Both the position numbers and the translations under genes were made by a program. Below the pieces are notes generated by a model. The model was not told the origin of the DNA and searched no databases. It was given only the letters and a program-made list of their open reading frames with translations. 64,000 nucleotides of DNA from an uncultured Solirubrobacteraceae bacterium (GTDB taxonomy: Bacteria; Actinomycetota; Thermoleophilia; Solirubrobacterales; Solirubrobacteraceae), in the NCBI GenBank assembly GCA_963707595.1, contig CAVPQQ010000002.1, positions 888,117-952,116 of the forward strand, read 5' to 3'. Positions 11,497-25,220 of this stretch are shown piece after piece. The stretch's first letter is position 1. Each line of letters begins with the position of its first letter.

Positions 11497-12766
11497 CAGC
11501 GGTCGATCCCCCCGAGGATCGGGTCGAGCATCGCCAGCGCGGCGATCAGGTCGGCGATGTAGAGGTCCTGCACCATCGGCTTGAAGGCCTGCAGGTTCAC
11601 GAACGAGGGGTCGCGCATGTGCACGCGGGCCGGCTTGGAGGAGCCGTCGGCGCGCACGAAGCAGCCGAGCTCGCCGCGCGGGGACTCGATCGGGTAGTAC
11701 GCCTCGCCCGGCGGGACGCGGAAGCCCTCGGTGACGAGCTTGAAGTGGTGGATCAGCGCTTCCATCGACGTCGCCAGCTCGTGCCGCGGCGGCAGCGCGT
11801 ACTTGCGGTCGGACGTGATGTAGTCGCCCTCGGGCAGCCCGTCGAGCGCCTGGTCGATGATCTTGATCGACTCGCGCATCTCGGCCATGCGGACGCGGTA
11901 GCGGTCGTAGTTGTCGCCGACCGTGCCGACCGGGATCTTGAAGTCGAAGTGCTCGTAGCTCGAGTACGGCTGCGCCTTGCGCAGGTCCCACGGGTTGCCG
12001 GCGGCGCGCAGCAGCGGGCCGGTGACGCCGTAGGCTGAGCAGCGTGTCGGCGTCGACGGCGGCGACGCCGCGCAGGCGCTCGAGCACGATCTGGTTCTTG
12101 TCGATCAGCTCCTCGAACTGATCGATGCGCGCGGGGAACTGCTTGGTGAAGGCGCGCGCCTTCTTCTCCCAGCCGGCCGGGATGTCCTCGGCGACGCCGC
12201 CGACCTGGAAGTAGCGCGGGTGCATGCGCTGGCCGGAGGACATCTCGAACAGGTCGAGGATCAGGTCGCGGTCGCGCCAGCCGTACCAGAAGACCGACAT
12301 CGCGCCGAGGTCGAGGCCGCCGGTCGCGAGCCACAGCAGGTGCGAGGCGATCCGGTTGAGCTCCATGTGCGCGACGCGCAGGTACTGCGCGCGCGGCGGG
12401 ACGTCGATCTCGAGCAGCGTCTCGACGGACCCGACGTAGGCCATCGCGTTGAAGTAGTACGAGAGGTAGTCCATCCGCTCGACGAGCGGGATGACCTTCC
12501 AGTAGGACTTGTCTTCGCAGTTCTTCTCGATGCCGGTGTGCACGTAGCCGATGACCGGCTTGATGTCGCGCACGACCTCGCCCTCGAGCGTCGTGATCAG
12601 CCGCAGCACGCCGTGCGTGGCCGGGTGGTGCGGGCCGAGGTTGAGCGTCAGCAGCTCGTCGTGCTCGGGGTGCTCGATGTGGGCGAGCTCGACGCTCGAC
12701 TCCATCTCCCGGTACGTCATGCCCGGGGATCGCGGTCGGGACGGGCTTGTGCGTCACGTCGCTCAC
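11496..12766 (-). CDS. nuoD: NADH-quinone oxidoreductase subunit D (frameshifted)
   Basis: [33 protein letters not shown]-terminal GGIDR. Confidence 0.95.
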
Positions 12767-13274
12767 TTCCACCACCCCGGGTTCTTCGGCTCGTTGTGCG
12801 TGAAGAGGATCTCCTCGCCGCCCATCGGGAAGTCGCGCCGCTGCGGGAAGCCCGTCGTAGTCCTCGGGCATCAGGATCCGGCGCAGGTCCGGGTGACCGT
12901 CGAAGATCACGCCGAACATGTCGTAGACCTCGCGCTCCTGGTGGTCGGCGGTCGGCCAGTCGGCGACGACGCTCGGCACGTTGCGGCGCGTCGAGCGGCA
13001 CGCGGAGCTTGACCGTCATCCGGTCGACCTCGTGCATGTCGAGCAGCTCGTAGTGCACGCCGAGGCGCGGCTCCTCGGGGAAGTAGTCGACCCCGTGGAC
13101 GCTCGCCAGGAAGTTGAAGCCCTTGCCGCGCAGGTGCTCGAGCGTCTCGCGGATGCTGGAGGCGCTGACCGTGAGCACGGCCTTGTCGCGGAAGTAGAGG
13201 GTGTCGAGCACCGACTCCGCGTCGCGCTCGCGCAGCTCCTGGGCGATCAGCTCGAGCCCGGTGGCGTCAGGCAC
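12763..13274 (-). CDS. nuoC: NADH-quinone oxidoreductase subunit C (frameshifted)
   Basis: [24 protein letters not shown] motif. Confidence 0.92.
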
Positions 13275-13914
13275 CCGGCGACCTCGATCGCCGAGCTCGG
13301 ACTCGACGAACTCCTCCGTGCCGCGACCGCCGTAGCGCGAGCGCCAGCCCTCGTCGGGCTTGGACATGACCATCGCGCGCAGCTTCAGGATCGCCGTAGA
13401 CCAGCGCCTCGGGCCGCGGCGGGCAGCCGGGGACGTGGATGTCGACCGGCAGGAACTTGTCGGCCGGGACGATCGCGTAGTTGTTGAAGACGCCCATCGA
13501 CGAGCTGCAGGCGCCCATCGCGATCGCCCACTTGGGCTCGAGCATCTGGTCGTAGATGCGGCGGACGACCGGCGCCATCTTGATCGAGACGCGGCCCGAG
13601 ATGATCATCAGGTCGGCCTGGCGCGGGCTCGCGCGGAAGGCCTCGAAGCCGAAGCGCGCGATGTCCATGCGGGCGTTGACCGCGGCCATCATCTCGATCG
13701 CGCAGCAGGCGAGGCCGAAGGTGGCGGGCATGAACGCGTTGCCGCGCGCCCAGTTCGCCGCCTTGTCCATCGTCGTGGTCATCACGCGCTCCTCGACGTA
13801 GGCGTCGAGGTCGGAGCCGTCGAGCTCGCCGGTGAGCATCTGACGGGCGCGGAGCTGGCGGGCGCGGAACTCGCCGTCGTCGCCGTTGCCGAGCTGCTGA
13901 CGAACTATTTCCAT
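13267..13914 (-). CDS. nuoB: NADH-quinone oxidoreductase subunit B (frameshifted near 3' end)
   Basis: [30 protein letters not shown]. Confidence 0.95.
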   Translation of the reverse strand: MEIVRQQLGNGDDGEFRARQLRARQMLTGELDGSDLDAYVEERVMTTTMDKAANWARGNAFMPATFGLACCAIEMMAAVNARMDIARFGFEAFRASPRQADLMIISGRVSIKMAPVVRRIYDQMLEPKWAIAMGACSSSMGVFNNYAIVPADKFLPVDIHVPGCPPRPEALVYGDPEAARDGHVQARRGLALALRRSRHGGVRRVRARRSRSPGA

Positions 13915-14268
13915 TCCAGTGCCCCTCTGCGCCAGACGTAGATGAAGGCCACGAACAGCAGCACGATGAACACGGAGATCTCCGACCAGCGCGAACGTCC
14001 CGAACGCCTTCAGCTGAACCGCGACCGGGAACAGGAAGATCGTCTCGATGTCGAACAGGATGAACAGCATCGCCACGAGGTAGAAGGAGATGCCGAAGCG
14101 CATCGACTTCTTGACCTCCGACGGGAGGCCGCTCTCGTACGGCTCGGCCGTCGCGGTACGGCGATACTTCGGCTTGGGGCCGAGGACGCTGTTGAGCGTC
14201 GCGAAGATGGCCCCCAGCCCGATCCCGAGGACCACGAAGACGATCGCCGGCAGGTAGGCACGGATCAC
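13905..14268 (-). CDS. nuoA: NADH-quinone oxidoreductase subunit A (one frameshift)
   Basis: [19 protein letters not shown], ends GALEWK. Confidence 0.93.
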
Positions 14269-14350
14269 GTCTCGGATTTGTAGCACCTTGTGCGCCGCTG
14301 TTACTTAGTGCCAAAGCGCACCTAAAGGCGCCTGCGTGCTCGGGACGCGG

Positions 14351-14797
14351 CTAGATCCAGCCCTGGGCCCGCGCGGCCAGCACGGCGACGATCGCCGCGG
14401 AGGTCGCCATCACTCCCAGTTCGCGTCGCAGCGACGGCGGTGACGAAGCGCCCGTTGCTCCGCTTCGGGGAGCTTCGCGACGTCGGCGCCGCCCTCGAAG
14501 CCGCGCTTGTCCAGCAGCGTCTGCGTGGCGAGCAGCTTGAGCTGCTCGGCGAGGAAGGCGACGGCGATCGGCGTCAGGCCGTAGACCAGGTGCAGGCGCG
14601 GCAGGTCGCGGCCGTCGAGCAGCAGCGCGGCGCCGATCACGGCCTCGACCATGATCAGCGATCTGCCCGGCGCGCAGCACCAGCCAGAACGGCTTCGGGT
14701 TGCGCGCGCACCAGCCAGGCGACGGCGCCGATCAGCGCCGGCGAGCGACGTTGAGTCCGATCGCCAGCGCGCCGAGTTGGGTGTGGAGGTCGCTCAC
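14351..14797 (-). CDS. hypothetical membrane protein (frameshifted)
   Basis: Hydrophobic segments, LHLVYG motif; start coupled to the flavin reductase stop. Confidence 0.6.
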
Positions 14798-15266
14798 CGG
14801 TACTCGCCGCGGTACCAGACCAGCGGCTCGCCCTCGTGGCGCGGTCTCGGCGGCCGTGACGGCGCCGATGCCGATCGTGTGATCGCCGCCGGGGATCAGT
14901 TCCTGCAGCGTGCAGCCGACCCAGGCGAGCGTTCCCTCGATGACCGGGATGCCGTCGTGCACGGTGTGTTGCACGCCGGCGAACTTCGTCGCCTCGGGCT
15001 GCTTGGAGGCGAACAGGCGGGCGAGGTCCTCCTGGCCGGCGGCGAGCACGTTGACGCCGAAGCGCCGCGTCTCGCGGACGACGTTGAGCGTGCGCGCGCC
15101 GTTGTCGAAGCAGACGAGCGCCAGCAGCGGGTCGAGCGAGAGCGAGCAGACGGCGTTGGCCGTCATGCCCACCGGGCCCGACGGCGCCGTTGGCGGTCAC
15201 CACGGTGACGCCGGTCGCGAAATGCGCCCATCACGTCGCGGAAGCGCTGGGGGGCGACGGGTCCAT
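14794..15266 (-). CDS. flavin reductase family protein (frameshifted)
   Basis: FATGVTVVT, GMTANAVCSLSLDP, GGDHTIGIG. Confidence 0.9.
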
Positions 15267-15645
15267 CAACCGACCACCAGCGTGCCGTACATGCCGAGCT
15301 CCTCGTGGTTGGCCAGCGCGCAGTACATCGTGTACTTGCCCTTGGCCAGCGCGGAACGTGCGTGACTTCGTCTCGCCCGGCTGGAGCGTCGTGAAGGCCA
15401 GCACGTTCTTGGTTGCGGCCGCGGATCCGGAACGTGTGGCCGAGCCGGCCGCGGTTGGTGACCGTCGACGGTCAGCTCCTGCCCCTTCGGGACGCTGATG
15501 TTCTGCGGGCGGATCAGGTAGTCGTCGAGCGTGACGGCGAAGTTCGCCGGTGCGCTCGCGCACCGTCGGCTCCGTGCCGCCGCAGGCGGCGAGGAGCGAG
15601 CGTGCTCAGGGCGAGCGCGATCAAGGTGCGGGTGCTGGCGGGCAT
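15266..15645 (-). CDS. cupredoxin-domain lipoprotein (frameshifted)
   Basis: Lipobox-like ACGG; C-terminal YTMYCALANHEELGMYGTLVV carries type-1 Cu ligands C/H/M. Confidence 0.8.
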
Positions 15646-15669
15646 CGGTCCCCTATGCTGTCGCACCCG

Positions 15670-16101
15670 ATGCCGAGGCCTCGCCGTCTGCTGCTGATCG
15701 CCGCCGCGCTCGCCGCGACCGCTGGCGGCATCGCCGCCTGCGGCGAGGACGGCATCTCGTCCAGCCTGACCCCGGAGCAGCAAGGCCGCGGCCGAGATCT
15801 TCGACCGAGCACTGCTCGGGCTGCCACACGCTCAGTGTGGCCGGCACGCAGGGCTCCGCGACCAACGTGCGGACCCGGGAGTACAAGGACGGGCCGAACT
15901 TCGACCAGCGCAAGGTGACGTACAACTGCGCGCTGTACGCGATCCGCAACGGCGGCTTCTCGTCGGGCCCGATGCCGCAGGACATCGTCGTCGGCGCCGA
16001 GGCGCGAGGCGATCGCCAAGTTCCTCGCGGAGGAGTCCGGCTCGCAAGTGCAGCTGGCGCCGGGCGCGACTCAGCCGCCCGACTGCCCGCCCCCGGGCTA
16101 G
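15670..16101 (+). CDS. c-type cytochrome lipoprotein (frameshifted)
   Basis: IAAC lipobox, CSGCH haem motif, distal GPMP. Confidence 0.85.
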
Positions 16102-16105
16102 CCGC

Positions 16106-18421
<2,316 letters not shown>

Positions 18422-18426
18422 GGCGG

Positions 18427-19197
18427 CTAGACCAGCGCGAAGACCCGCGACGGGGAGCCCGTTCCGTCGACCAGCTTCAGCGGCGCGACGACGACGACCG
18501 CGCCCGTCGGCGGCAGCTCGGCGAGGTTCGCGAGCTGGGTGAGGCCGTACTTGCCCGCTCCGAGCAGGAAGTGGTGGACCGGGAACGGCGGGTCGAAGGA
18601 GTGGGCGGCGCCGGCGTCGGTGCCGACGGTCTCGACGCCGAAGCCGACGATCGCGGAGGTCTCGGCCAGCCAGCGGGCGGCCTCGACGTCCGGGCCGGGC
18701 GTCTGCGGCGCCGTTGAGGAACGCCTCCTGGTCGTGGGCGCGGGCGTCCCAGCCGGTGCGCAGGAAGCAGCCAGCCGCCGGCGGGCAGCGGGCCGTGCTC
18801 GTTCGACCACGCCTCGATGTCGGCCAGCGTGAGCAGGTAGTTCGGGTCCGCGGCGGCCTCGGCGGACTTGTCGATCACGGCGCAGCGGGGCGACGAGCTT
18901 GGACGGGGGCGACCGACGCGACGTCCTCGCCGTCGCGGCCGGTGATCCAGTGGATCGGCGCGTCGAAGTGGGTGCCGACGTGCTCGCCGACGGTCAGCGT
19001 CGTCCAGGCCCAGGCCGGGCCGAGGTCGTCGTAGCGGCTGATGTCCTCGCGGCGACAGCCCGGGCGTGTTGGCGAACGGCGGCGGGAGCTGCAGGACCGG
19101 CGTGGATCTCGCTCAGCGGCTGGGTCAGGTCGACGACGCGGACGGAGCCGTCGGCGAGCGCGCTCGCGAGCGCGCCCAGGGTCTGATCAGTGGCCAC
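18427..19197 (-). CDS. cyclase family (kynurenine formamidase-like) protein (frameshifted)
   Basis: VVDLTQPL, EHVGTHFDAPIHW, GTGSPSRVFALV. Confidence 0.88.
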
Positions 19198-20832
19198 GAA
19201 ATGCCTCCTCTAGCCATTCGGCACAGATGTCGGGGTCGACTTTGGCGTCCAGCACCAGCGGGCGGTCGCGGTCGGCGAGCCACTCGCGGACGCCTTCCAG
19301 ATCCTCGACCGAACGCGCCGTGAGGCCGCGGCAGCCGGCGGCCTCGGCGAGCGCGGCGAAGTCCGTCGGCGGGAACTGGGCGAGCTCGACGGGGATGCCC
19401 ATCGGGCGGAAATGATGGACCTCGGCGCCGTAGGCCGCGTCGTTGTAGACGACCACGAGCATGTCGGGCTTCACGCGTCCCAGCGTCTCGAGGTCGGGCA
19501 GCGCCATCAGCAGCCCGCCGTCGCCGAGCGCGGCGACGGTGAGCCGGTCGGGCCGCGCGACGGCCGCGCCCGATCGCGTTGCCCAGCCCGAGCCCGACGC
19601 ACTGGAAGGCCTGCGGGAAGACGAAGCCCTGGGCGTCCGGGACGCGCAGGTACATCGACGGGTAGCCCATGAACGCGCCGGAGTCCACGACCACGATCCG
19701 CTCCTCCGGCAGCATCTCGTCGAGCGCGATCGAGAGCGCCCGCGGGTCGAGCCAGTCGCGTGAGGCCTCGTACGGCTCGTCGCGCCAGGTCCCGGCCGCG
19801 ATCTCCGCCGCGAGCGTGAGGCTCCGGCGCGCGCCGCCGCCGAGCGCATCGCCGCGGTCGTTCCCGGCGAGCGCCTCGACGAGCGCCTCGGCGGTCTCGC
19901 GGGCGTCGCCGACGACGCCCAGATCGACCGGCCGGTGGGCGCCGATCGCCTCCTCGTCGCGGTCGACCTGGATGACCGTCGCTTCGCGCAGGAGGGCGCC
20001 GTGACGGGTCGTCCAGACGTTCAGCGCCGCGCCGAAGCCGATCACGACGTCGGCCTCGCCGATCAGCCGCTGCGCCGTGGGGGAGGCGAACCCGCCGGAG
20101 ATGCCGACCGCGAACGGGTCGCCCTCGAAGAGCCCGTTGGCGACCGCCGAGGTCGCCAGGACGGCGCCCGTCGCCTCGCCCAGGCGCCGCAGCGACCGGT
20201 CCGGCACCGGACAGCACGGCGCCGCGGCCGGCGATGATCGCGGGCCGCTCCGCGCGGCCGAGGACGGCGGCGACCTCGGCCACCGCGGCGGCACTCGGCC
20301 GCACCGGCGAGAGCTCCGCCCACGACACCGGATCGGAGGACTCGACGGTCGCCGCCTGCACGTCGAGCGGCAGCATCAGCACGACCGCGCGGCGCTCGAC
20401 GACCGCTCGCCGGACGGCCCGCGTCACGTCCGCGACGGCGGTCTCAGGCCCGTAGACGTGCTCCGCCACAGCGCCGACGGACTCCACGAGCGCCGCCTGG
20501 TCGATCCGGAAGTTCGAGCGCAGCTGCGCCGCCGGCGTGTCGGCCGCGAGCAGGATCAGCGGCGTGCGCGACTTCGCGGCCTCGGTGAGGCCCGTGATCG
20601 CGTTGGTCAGCCCCGGACCCTGGTGCACGCTCGCCACGCCGAGCCGCCCGCTGACCCGCGCGTAGCCGTCCGCCATGCACAGCGCGCCGGTCTCGTGACG
20701 GGCCGAGACGAAGCGCCCGCCGGCCGCGACGATCGCGTTGGTCACGGCCAGATTGCCGCTCCCCATCAGGCCGAAGACGACGTCGCCGCCGAGGCGATGC
20801 AAAGTCTGGCCGATCGCCTGTGACACAAACAC
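19187..20832 (-). CDS. thiamine-pyrophosphate-binding enzyme (frameshifted)
   Basis: RHETGALCMADGYAR, HQGPGLTN, GDGG...YND TPP motif. Confidence 0.9.
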
Positions 20833-20860
20833 GCCGCGCAACGGTACCCTTGCCCGCTCA

Positions 20861-21130
20861 ATGAGGCGGTCAGCCCCACTTCTGCTCCTCGCCGCGGTGT
20901 TGCTCGTCGCGGCCATGGGCCCGTGGGCGGTCCCGCTCCTCGTTGTCGCATCACTGCTGCTGACGGGTCGCTACGTCGGCGAGGAACGCATCCTCGCCGC
21001 TCACCGCGCGCGTGCTCCACGCGTCCGTGCAGCCAAGGTCATCTGGTCGCGCCGCCATGCCGCGGCGCTCGTCTCGCTGCTGGAGCGCGCTCCGCGCTCG
21101 CCGCGCGGTCCGCCCGCGCTCGCCGCCTGA
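20861..21130 (+). CDS. small membrane protein / putative arrest-type leader peptide ending in RGPP
   Basis: 89 aa: hydrophobic N-half, RYVGEE, basic linker, C-terminal RGPPALAA; 44 bp upstream of the YcnI-like gene. Confidence 0.65.
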   Translation: MRRSAPLLLLAAVLLVAAMGPWAVPLLVVASLLLTGRYVGEERILAAHRARAPRVRAAKVIWSRRHAAALVSLLERAPRSPRGPPALAA

Positions 21131-21174
21131 CCTCAGCTACCAGAACCCTTATCTAGAACCAGGAGCACCACCCA

Positions 21175-21694
21175 ATGTCGCGTATTCGCGTCTCCATTTT
21201 CGCCGCCACGCTGGCCGCTGTCGCCATCGCTGCCCCTGCTGCCCAGGCGCACGTCACGCTGAACCCGCGGTCGGTCACCGCGAGCTCGTACGGCCGCCTC
21301 GACCTGCGCGTCCCCAACGAGCGCGACGACGCGAGCACCAAGACGCTCGTCGTCTACTTCCCGAGCGGCTTCTACTCCGCGTCCTACAAGCGCGTCTGGG
21401 GCTGGACGGCGAAGGTCTCGATGCGCAAGCTCGCGACGCCGATCCCGAGCCCCGACGGCGACATCACCGAAGAGGTCGTCGAAGATCACGTGGCGCGCGA
21501 ACTCGAAGTCGGACTGGATCATGCCCGGCTCCTTCGAGGAGTTCGGTCTGTCGATGCGGATCCCGAACCGCCCGAACGCGACCCTGTACTTCTCGGCCCG
21601 CCAGACCTACAGCAACGGCGAGGTCGTCAACTGGAACGGCGCCGCCGGCACGGCCGCGCCCGCGCCGTCGGTCAAGGTGGTGGCGCCGGCATGA
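21175..21694 (+). CDS. YcnI/DUF1775 copper-binding family secreted protein (one frameshift)
   Basis: Signal peptide then HVT; RVPNE, GW, QTYSNGEVVNW, PAPSV; AGGAG RBS. Confidence 0.85.
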
Positions 21695-22050
21695 GGCTGC
21701 GCGCCCTGGCCGCGACCGCGGCGGTCCTGCTCGTCCCGACCTCGGTCGCGTACGCGCACACCCCACTGAAGAGCGTCACGCCGAAGAAGAACTCGACTCA
21801 GCACAAGGCCGTGACGGACGTCCGCGCGACGTTCAAGGCCAAGATGCAGACCGGGATCATCACGATCACGACCTCGAGCGGAGCCACGGTCCCGCTCAAG
21901 TCCAGCGGTCTGCTGAGTTCCAACAAGGCGGTCGTCCGGGCTGTCCCGAAGGTCGCGCTGCGCTCGGGGACCTACAAGGTCAGCTGGCGCGCCCGCGCCG
22001 GTGACGGCCACTCCGAGAAGGGCTCCTGGAGCTTCAAGGTGAAGCTCTAG
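21691..22050 (+). CDS. copC: CopC-family copper resistance protein
   Basis: AYA|HTPLKSVTP N-terminal His; GTYKVSWRARAGDGHSEKGSWSF. Confidence 0.88.
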   Translation: MRLRALAATAAVLLVPTSVAYAHTPLKSVTPKKNSTQHKAVTDVRATFKAKMQTGIITITTSSGATVPLKSSGLLSSNKAVVRAVPKVALRSGTYKVSWRARAGDGHSEKGSWSFKVKL

Positions 22051-22061
22051 ATTCAACTCGC

Positions 22062-23113
22062 ATGCGAGCGGCGGCGCCATGGATCCTCCTCGGCGCCGCC
22101 ACCGCAGCGGCAGCGCTGACGCTGGGCGCCGTCGGCTTCCCCTCGCCGACGCTCTTCTCAGCGCTGATCATCGGCCTCGCGGCGGCCCTCATCCGTCCGC
22201 AGGCCGGCCTGCACCTGCCGCGCGGCGCCTTCATCGCCGCGCAGGCAGTCGTGCGGCGTCACGCTCGGCGCCTACCTGCAGTCCGACGCGCTGAGCGCGC
22301 TGGCGGACGACTGGCTGCCGGTCACCTCGGTGAGCGCGGCCACGCTCGGGCTGAGCATGGGCGCGGGGCGCCTGCTGGCCCGCACCACGCCGCTCGACGT
22401 GCCGACGGCGACGCTCGGGATGATCGCCGGCGGCGCCTCGGGGATCGTCACGATGGCCGACGACCTCGGCGCCGACGACCGGCTCGTCGCCTTCATGCAG
22501 TACCTGCGGGTGCTCGTCGTCGTGCTGCTGACGCCGCTCCTGATCGCCGCCTTCGGAGGTGACGGCGGGATCGGCGCGGGACCGTCGCCCGAGCGCGTTC
22601 GGCGACCCGCGCGATTGGCTGCTGACCGCGCTGATCGCCCCCACCGCGGCGATCGTCGCCCGCCGTGCCCACGTCCCCGCGGGCGCGCTGCTCGGCCCGA
22701 TGATCGTGGCCGGGATCGTGGCGCTCGTCGGGCGCCGGGTTCGCCGTCCCGCCCGTGGTGCGCGAGCTGTCCTTCGCGCTGATCGGCCTCCAGGTCGGGC
22801 TGCGCTTCACGCTCGAGACGGTCCGCCTGCTCGGGCGCCTGGTGATCCCGGTGATGCTCGCGCTCGTCGGCCTGCTGGTGGGCTGCGCCGGGCTCGCCGT
22901 CGCGCTCGCATCTGCACCGTCGACGTCTCGTTCCAGGACGCCTACCTCGCGACCACGCCGGGCGGCCTCTACGCGGTGCTCGCGGTCGCCGTCGGCGCGA
23001 ACGCGAACACCACCTTCATCCTCGCCGTCCAGTTGCTGCGGCTGCTCGTCGCGGTGCTGCTCGCCCCGCTCGCGGTGCGCCGGCTGGCCAGGCCGGGTAG
23101 GCAGACCGAATGA
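22062..23113 (+). CDS. AbrB-family membrane protein (frameshifted)
   Basis: GGASG...MQYLR, TTPGGL...QLLR repeats; highly hydrophobic. Confidence 0.82.
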
Positions 23114-23283
23114 GCGAGACCCCGATCACGCCCGAGGACCCGGACATCCCGGAGGAGCCGCCGCCCGCCGAGGACGGCGAGCCGGAGCTCGAGGACCAGC
23201 CGCTCGGCGTTCCGGCCGACCTCGATCCCGAGGACGCGCCGCTGCCCGGAATCCCCGAGAAGGAGCCGCCTCAGGCGGACTGA
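23110..23283 (+). CDS. small acidic Pro-rich protein (57 aa)
   Basis: ATGA-coupled to AbrB; MSETPITPEDPDIPEEPPPAEDGEPELEDQPLGVP..., GC3-rich codons. Confidence 0.55.
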   Translation: MSETPITPEDPDIPEEPPPAEDGEPELEDQPLGVPADLDPEDAPLPGIPEKEPPQAD

Positions 23284-24057
23284 CGCTGGGTCCGCACGAA
23301 CCAGACCAGCCCGACCGCGGTCAGCGACGACGGCCACGAAGAGGTTCAGCCGCAGCCCGAGGACATGGTGGGCCGGATCGACGCGGATCAGCTCCGCGAA
23401 GATCCGGAACGCCGAGTAGCCCGCGACATAGAGCGCGAACAGGCCCGGCGGTCTGATCCGCCGGTGGTGACCGAGCCAGACGAGCAGCGCGGCGAGCGAG
23501 AGGTTCCAGATGATCTCGTAGAGGAAGACCGGGTGGAACGTCGCCGCGTCGAGGTAGCGCTCGGGACGATGCTCCGGGTCGATCTCCAGGCCCCAGGGCA
23601 GGTTGGTCGGCTTGCCGAACAGCTCCTGGTTGAACCAATTGCCGATCCGCCCGATCGACTGCGCGACCAGCAGCGCGGGCGCGCCGGCGTCCATGAACTC
23701 GGGCACGCTCGCCCCCGAGCGCTTGACGCGCCAGAGGCCGACGGCGACGCCGAGCGCGATCCCGCCCCAGATCCCGAGCCCGCCCTTCCAGACCGCGAAC
23801 GGGCCCCACCAGGTGTGCGGGACCTCGTCCCAGCTCGTCAGCAGGTGGTAGAGCCGCCCGCCGATCAGGCCCGCGGGGAAGCCCCACAGCGCGACCTCGT
23901 CGACCAGTTCCGGCTCGCCGCTCCAGCGCCGCTTGGTGATCACGACCGCCGCGATCACCGCGATCGGCGTACATCAGCCCGTAGGCATGGATCTCCAGCG
24001 GCCCGATCGAGATCGAGCCGCGGGACGGGCTGGGGATGCTCAGGAGGGGTAGATACA
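23271..24057 (-). CDS. lgt: prolipoprotein diacylglyceryl transferase (frameshifted, start uncertain)
   Basis: IGPLEIHAYG, GGRLYH, GGLGIWGG, GRIGNWFNQELFG, HPVFLYE. Confidence 0.93.
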
Positions 24058-24439
24058 GAACGCTTCGTGGCTCGCGTTGAAGCAGACCAGCCCCTGCAGC
24101 CGGTCGCTCGCGTCCACGACCGGGATGCGGGTCATCCCGGTGGTCTCGACGATCTCCAGCGCACGGGCCACCGGATCCTCGGGCGTCACGCGCGGCGTGT
24201 CGGCGCGCACGTGCGGCTCGATCGGGCCGTCGCCGCTCGTCGGGCACGTCGGCCGGGGTGAGCGTGCCGAGGAAGCGCTCGCCGTCGGTCACCAGCAGCA
24301 GCTTCTTGCGCGGGCTGACGAAGGTCTCGCGGGCCTCGGCGAGCGGCGTCGCGGGGCCGACGGTCTCGGCGCCCCGCATCATCACGTCATTGACGGTGGG
24401 GCCGGCTTCGTCGATCGGGATGTGGACCGTTGAACTCAT
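24040..24439 (-). CDS. CBS-domain protein (frameshifted)
   Basis: TVNDVM..., RIPVVD..RLQGLV CBS-pair pattern. Confidence 0.75.
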
Positions 24440-25220
24440 GGCTCTCCGAAGTGTGGCGCACGCTTGTCCAGAAACGCCAGAACGCCCTCGCGGCCGTCCG
24501 GCGCCGCGGCGAGCCCGGCGATCGTGTGGGCCTCGACGCGCGAGCTGGCTGCTGAAGGTCGAGGTCGAGGAAGCGCGGATCAGCCGCTTGACCGCCGCGT
24601 GCGCGCCCACGGGGCCGTCGGCGAGCCGGCGCGCGAGCGTCTCGGCCTCGGCCTCGAGCGCGTCGTCGGCGACGACGCGGGTGACGATCCCGAGTTCGCA
24701 GCGCCTGCGCCGCGGAGAGCCGCTCGTTGAGCAGCGCCAGCTCCATCGCGCGGCGGAGGCCGACGAGCCGCGGCAGCGTCCAGCTCGCACCGCCGTCGGT
24801 CGAGAAGCCGATCGCGGTGTAGGCGACGGTGAAGTGCGCCGTCTCGGAGGCGAGCACGAGGTCGGCGGAGATCGCGATGCTCATCCCGCCGCCCGCGGCC
24901 GCGCCGCGGACCGCGCAGATCACCGGGGCGTCGAGCGACGCGAGCGCCTCGATCCCCGCGTGCATCGTGGACGCGAGGCCGAAGACCGCGTCCGCGACGT
25001 CGTCGCCGGCGTCGTGCATGAAGCGCAGATCGCCGCCGACGCAGAAGTTCTTGCCCGCGCCGGTCAGGACCACCGCGCCGATGTCGTCGCGGCCCTCCAG
25101 GCTCTCGGCCGCGTCGCGGAAGGCGTGCGTGAGGCCGGGATCGAGCGCGTTGCCGGTCTTCGGGCTGTTGAGCGTCAGGTAGGCGACCCGGTCGCGCACC
25201 CGCAGCGTGACGGCGCTCAT
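24436..25220 (-). CDS. enoyl-CoA hydratase/isomerase (frameshifted)
   Basis: FCVGGDL, GAAAGGG, DGGASWTLPRLVG. Confidence 0.9.

Noticed and set aside
191-14283. Long plus-strand ORFs over the nuo operon, and similar antisense ORFs elsewhere
   Set aside because: Shadow ORFs caused by high GC3; no recognisable motifs.
12717-14286. Apparent NuoA-B and NuoB-C fusions in the ORF track
   Set aside because: Explained by indels; separate start/stop overlaps can be reconstructed.
14270-14345. Rex operator upstream of nuoA
   Set aside because: Only a TTGTG half-site; no palindrome.
21175-22050. YcnI-CopC fusion ORF
   Set aside because: A frameshift near 21481 creates it; an ATGA junction and a second signal peptide are present at 21691.
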